Positions 63,401 to 64,000 of a DNA stretch of 64,000 bases are shown here, piece by piece (the first letter of the stretch is position 1; each line of letters opens with the position of its first letter). Made by a program: the position numbers and the translations under genes. The notes beneath the pieces are model-generated. The model was not told where the DNA came from. It ran no database searches and saw only the letters and a program-made list of their open reading frames with translations. The stretch is from positions 392,214-456,213 of the forward strand of contig CBFFRP010000432.1 of the NCBI GenBank assembly GCA_965644295.1, read 5' to 3'. Source of the DNA: Paraphysomonas bandaiensis (taxonomy: Eukaryota; Protista; Chrysophyceae).

Positions 63401-64000
63401 CCAAGGAAGTACAGGCATACACCGCAAGACTCCTCCAACTTCATGCACAACTACCACATTTAGACAACGGATCGTCTGCCATACTCCCTCCTGAGGTGGC
63501 AGCCAACAGACTAGCGGCCATCCATCACATAACCCTCCAGGCTTCGCTTGAAGCGAAGCGTCCTGCATGTACTTATAGCACACGACTACACGAACGTTGT
63601 CAGCGCAAACGCTCAAAGTTCAAGAATGGCTTTTCCCCGGAAATGAGAGTAATACAGGAAGGAATGATCATGGTTTTGCGGATTATCCAAAAGATGTTCA
63701 ATTCTGCCGGATACAAACGGCATGGATGGCGCGGCCCCCCGGCAACCACCCCCACCCACGAAATCATCACTGCATGGTTCATCCGATGGGACTCCTATCT
63801 CAGGAGTTCTCAGGGTCACATCAAAGGCATATCAGACATCAACTTCTGGTGCAGCCATCGCAACGCGGACCCACGAGTAATCCTGGGTTGGAACGAAAAG
63901 CAAGCCACCAAGAAAAACCTTCTCCGAATTGCCTTGCGACTGAGAGGACTTCTTCATGGAAGAGCCAGGACAGAAATGCGGACTAGACTCACGGCTCGCA
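60457..64000 (+). CDS. Polyprotein OTU-like protease - SET domain - APE endonuclease - (RT expected downstream); open to window end
   Basis: Manual translation of frame +1 has no stop from 60451 to 64000. OTU: IPSDGYC (61021-61041), HWLSVREVHLLA, DAHYF (His at 61504). SET: KGLSLYA, IIAEYKG, AIDG, AGYINDP, EELLINYGHHYW (about 61960-62325). APE: STWNTNG, LLLQD, ISVYLP, VAGDFN, SRIDHI, FDHRPV (about 62497-63306). Confidence 0.88.
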   Translation, partial: MQYESSNPHTGLHLDTEDFQLLLDLLSIPYRLWDAVQPHLAPGWAQLSPFSRQALTVHASTNTVVTHDIIRSQHGFHILNATNIPTSIMHALTRTQERLSCFLQHQTSRQSTNIIWTSEPSTVPSMLHEQREQQEQREVIAVSLSPRARRQLRQMNPTDRRQLRLHMCDMSRVYRLTLRPSALRTQQHIPSDGYCAYSTLYHLHILASSRRHTRSCLKLDLKQRKDRHTLASFINTLGTQAFDTMQRECMAHHTLQPLRHKLDHAQAALLIPAKTTYTTEDDITHWLSVREVHLLASTINPCTTWAQNGNYLSIVGIPTDKAAYNIAWKVEELRNAIRDNYYHVILQDAHYFLLDPAGLSTALDNALLSLENTLATSILSTSDPIAPPTLPADSITNNNRTSKTTSTGTTSSSSTKLARTNRQILQASTPGALPSHKKMQLKHAQTALTSRCQPTRKAKKVVNYDESDQPTNLHNSHQSTTTRTIRPTPALDTTSWDKDWSRKFYIAYADNTAKGLSLYAKNTFPADVIIAEYKGKRYPLTKLSQSARRSDYIVQDSTGTFAIDGFDQVRQCVTCEAGYINDPLATNMANVKFVTKNKRLYVRTIRPIAKDEELLINYGHHYWCDQRWPLEILIQARAAYDSDIGGANKAVWDRLLADKSGTPTETSSSIPKAPSGAAMGLRLSTWNTNGNPASHTGKVQAIIRHFKRQKLDVLLLQDVRLTETQANFFTRIIEDAIQGSRICLFLSKQPKLTSRDPLMGGTVVIISEYWKRRLAFTKADFTGLGLVSRLEFKTSVAHTLVLISVYLPPKPSTPGSCTLWSKLTKLGRASRGICTADPYKLLCNILTKWVTKARAKDHTVIVAGDFNGSMETNPKGRDIRPLADKLQLAAPLHELLLPRKTYHTFHRLDKGISRIDHILHTPLLPNMSVTDTGCLDSPSLLAAAFDHRPVWVGFTVPVNLDPRPPESHLRIPPRLNVNPKDSKEVQAYTARLLQLHAQLPHLDNGSSAILPPEVAANRLAAIHHITLQASLEAKRPACTYSTRLHERCQRKRSKFKNGFSPEMRVIQEGMIMVLRIIQKMFNSAGYKRHGWRGPPATTPTHEIITAWFIRWDSYLRSSQGHIKGISDINFWCSHRNADPRVILGWNEKQATKKNLLRIALRLRGLLHGRARTEMRTRLTAR

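Larger units (their letters stand above)
58730..64000 (+). mobile_element. Large non-LTR retrotransposon-like element (5' part; runs off the window)
   Basis: Sharp switch to C/A-rich intronless sequence. Two long overlapping frames, the second encoding an APE endonuclease followed by about 230 further residues. RT not seen within the window; 5' boundary approximate. Confidence 0.8.

Noticed and set aside
61506-63986. Short ORFs listed in the track across this region
   Set aside because: Shadows in other frames of the long frame +1 polyprotein.
60457-64000. Helentron origin of the OTU/SET/APE combination
   Set aside because: No Rep or helicase motifs upstream, and APE is followed by a long continuing ORF as in LINE ORF2 rather than being C-terminal. 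Needs downstream sequence for a final call.
1-64000. tRNA and rRNA genes
   Set aside because: None recognised by eye; tRNAscan-SE and cmscan were not run.

Overview
Compact, intron-rich eukaryotic genomic DNA with short GT-AG introns of about 50 nt. Gene content and style suggest a protist, plausibly a stramenopile (inference). About 1-28 kb is housekeeping genes, often in head-to-head pairs: NAD kinase, EF-hand protein, CDPK, EF-hand/coiled-coil protein, LTA4H-type M1 aminopeptidase, IQ/TPR protein, SWI3/SMARCC, DnaJ, eIF4A3 and AK6, plus two MITEs. About 28-51 kb is accessory and TE-rich. It holds a 1.95-kb foldback palindrome, a complete pogo-like transposon, an F-box/ankyrin array gene, a decayed hAT and a ricin-lectin protein. 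It also holds four copies of a short structured retroposon, three with TSDs of different lengths and one starting with an HDV-like ribozyme fold. A TPK K+ channel, an M50 protease and a cyclin follow. The most striking item is at the window end and is absent from the ORF track because its frame has no stop. From 60457 to beyond 64000 a non-LTR-retrotransposon-like ORF carries an OTU cysteine-protease domain and a SET methyltransferase domain in frame, upstream of an APE endonuclease. The expected RT would lie outside the window.
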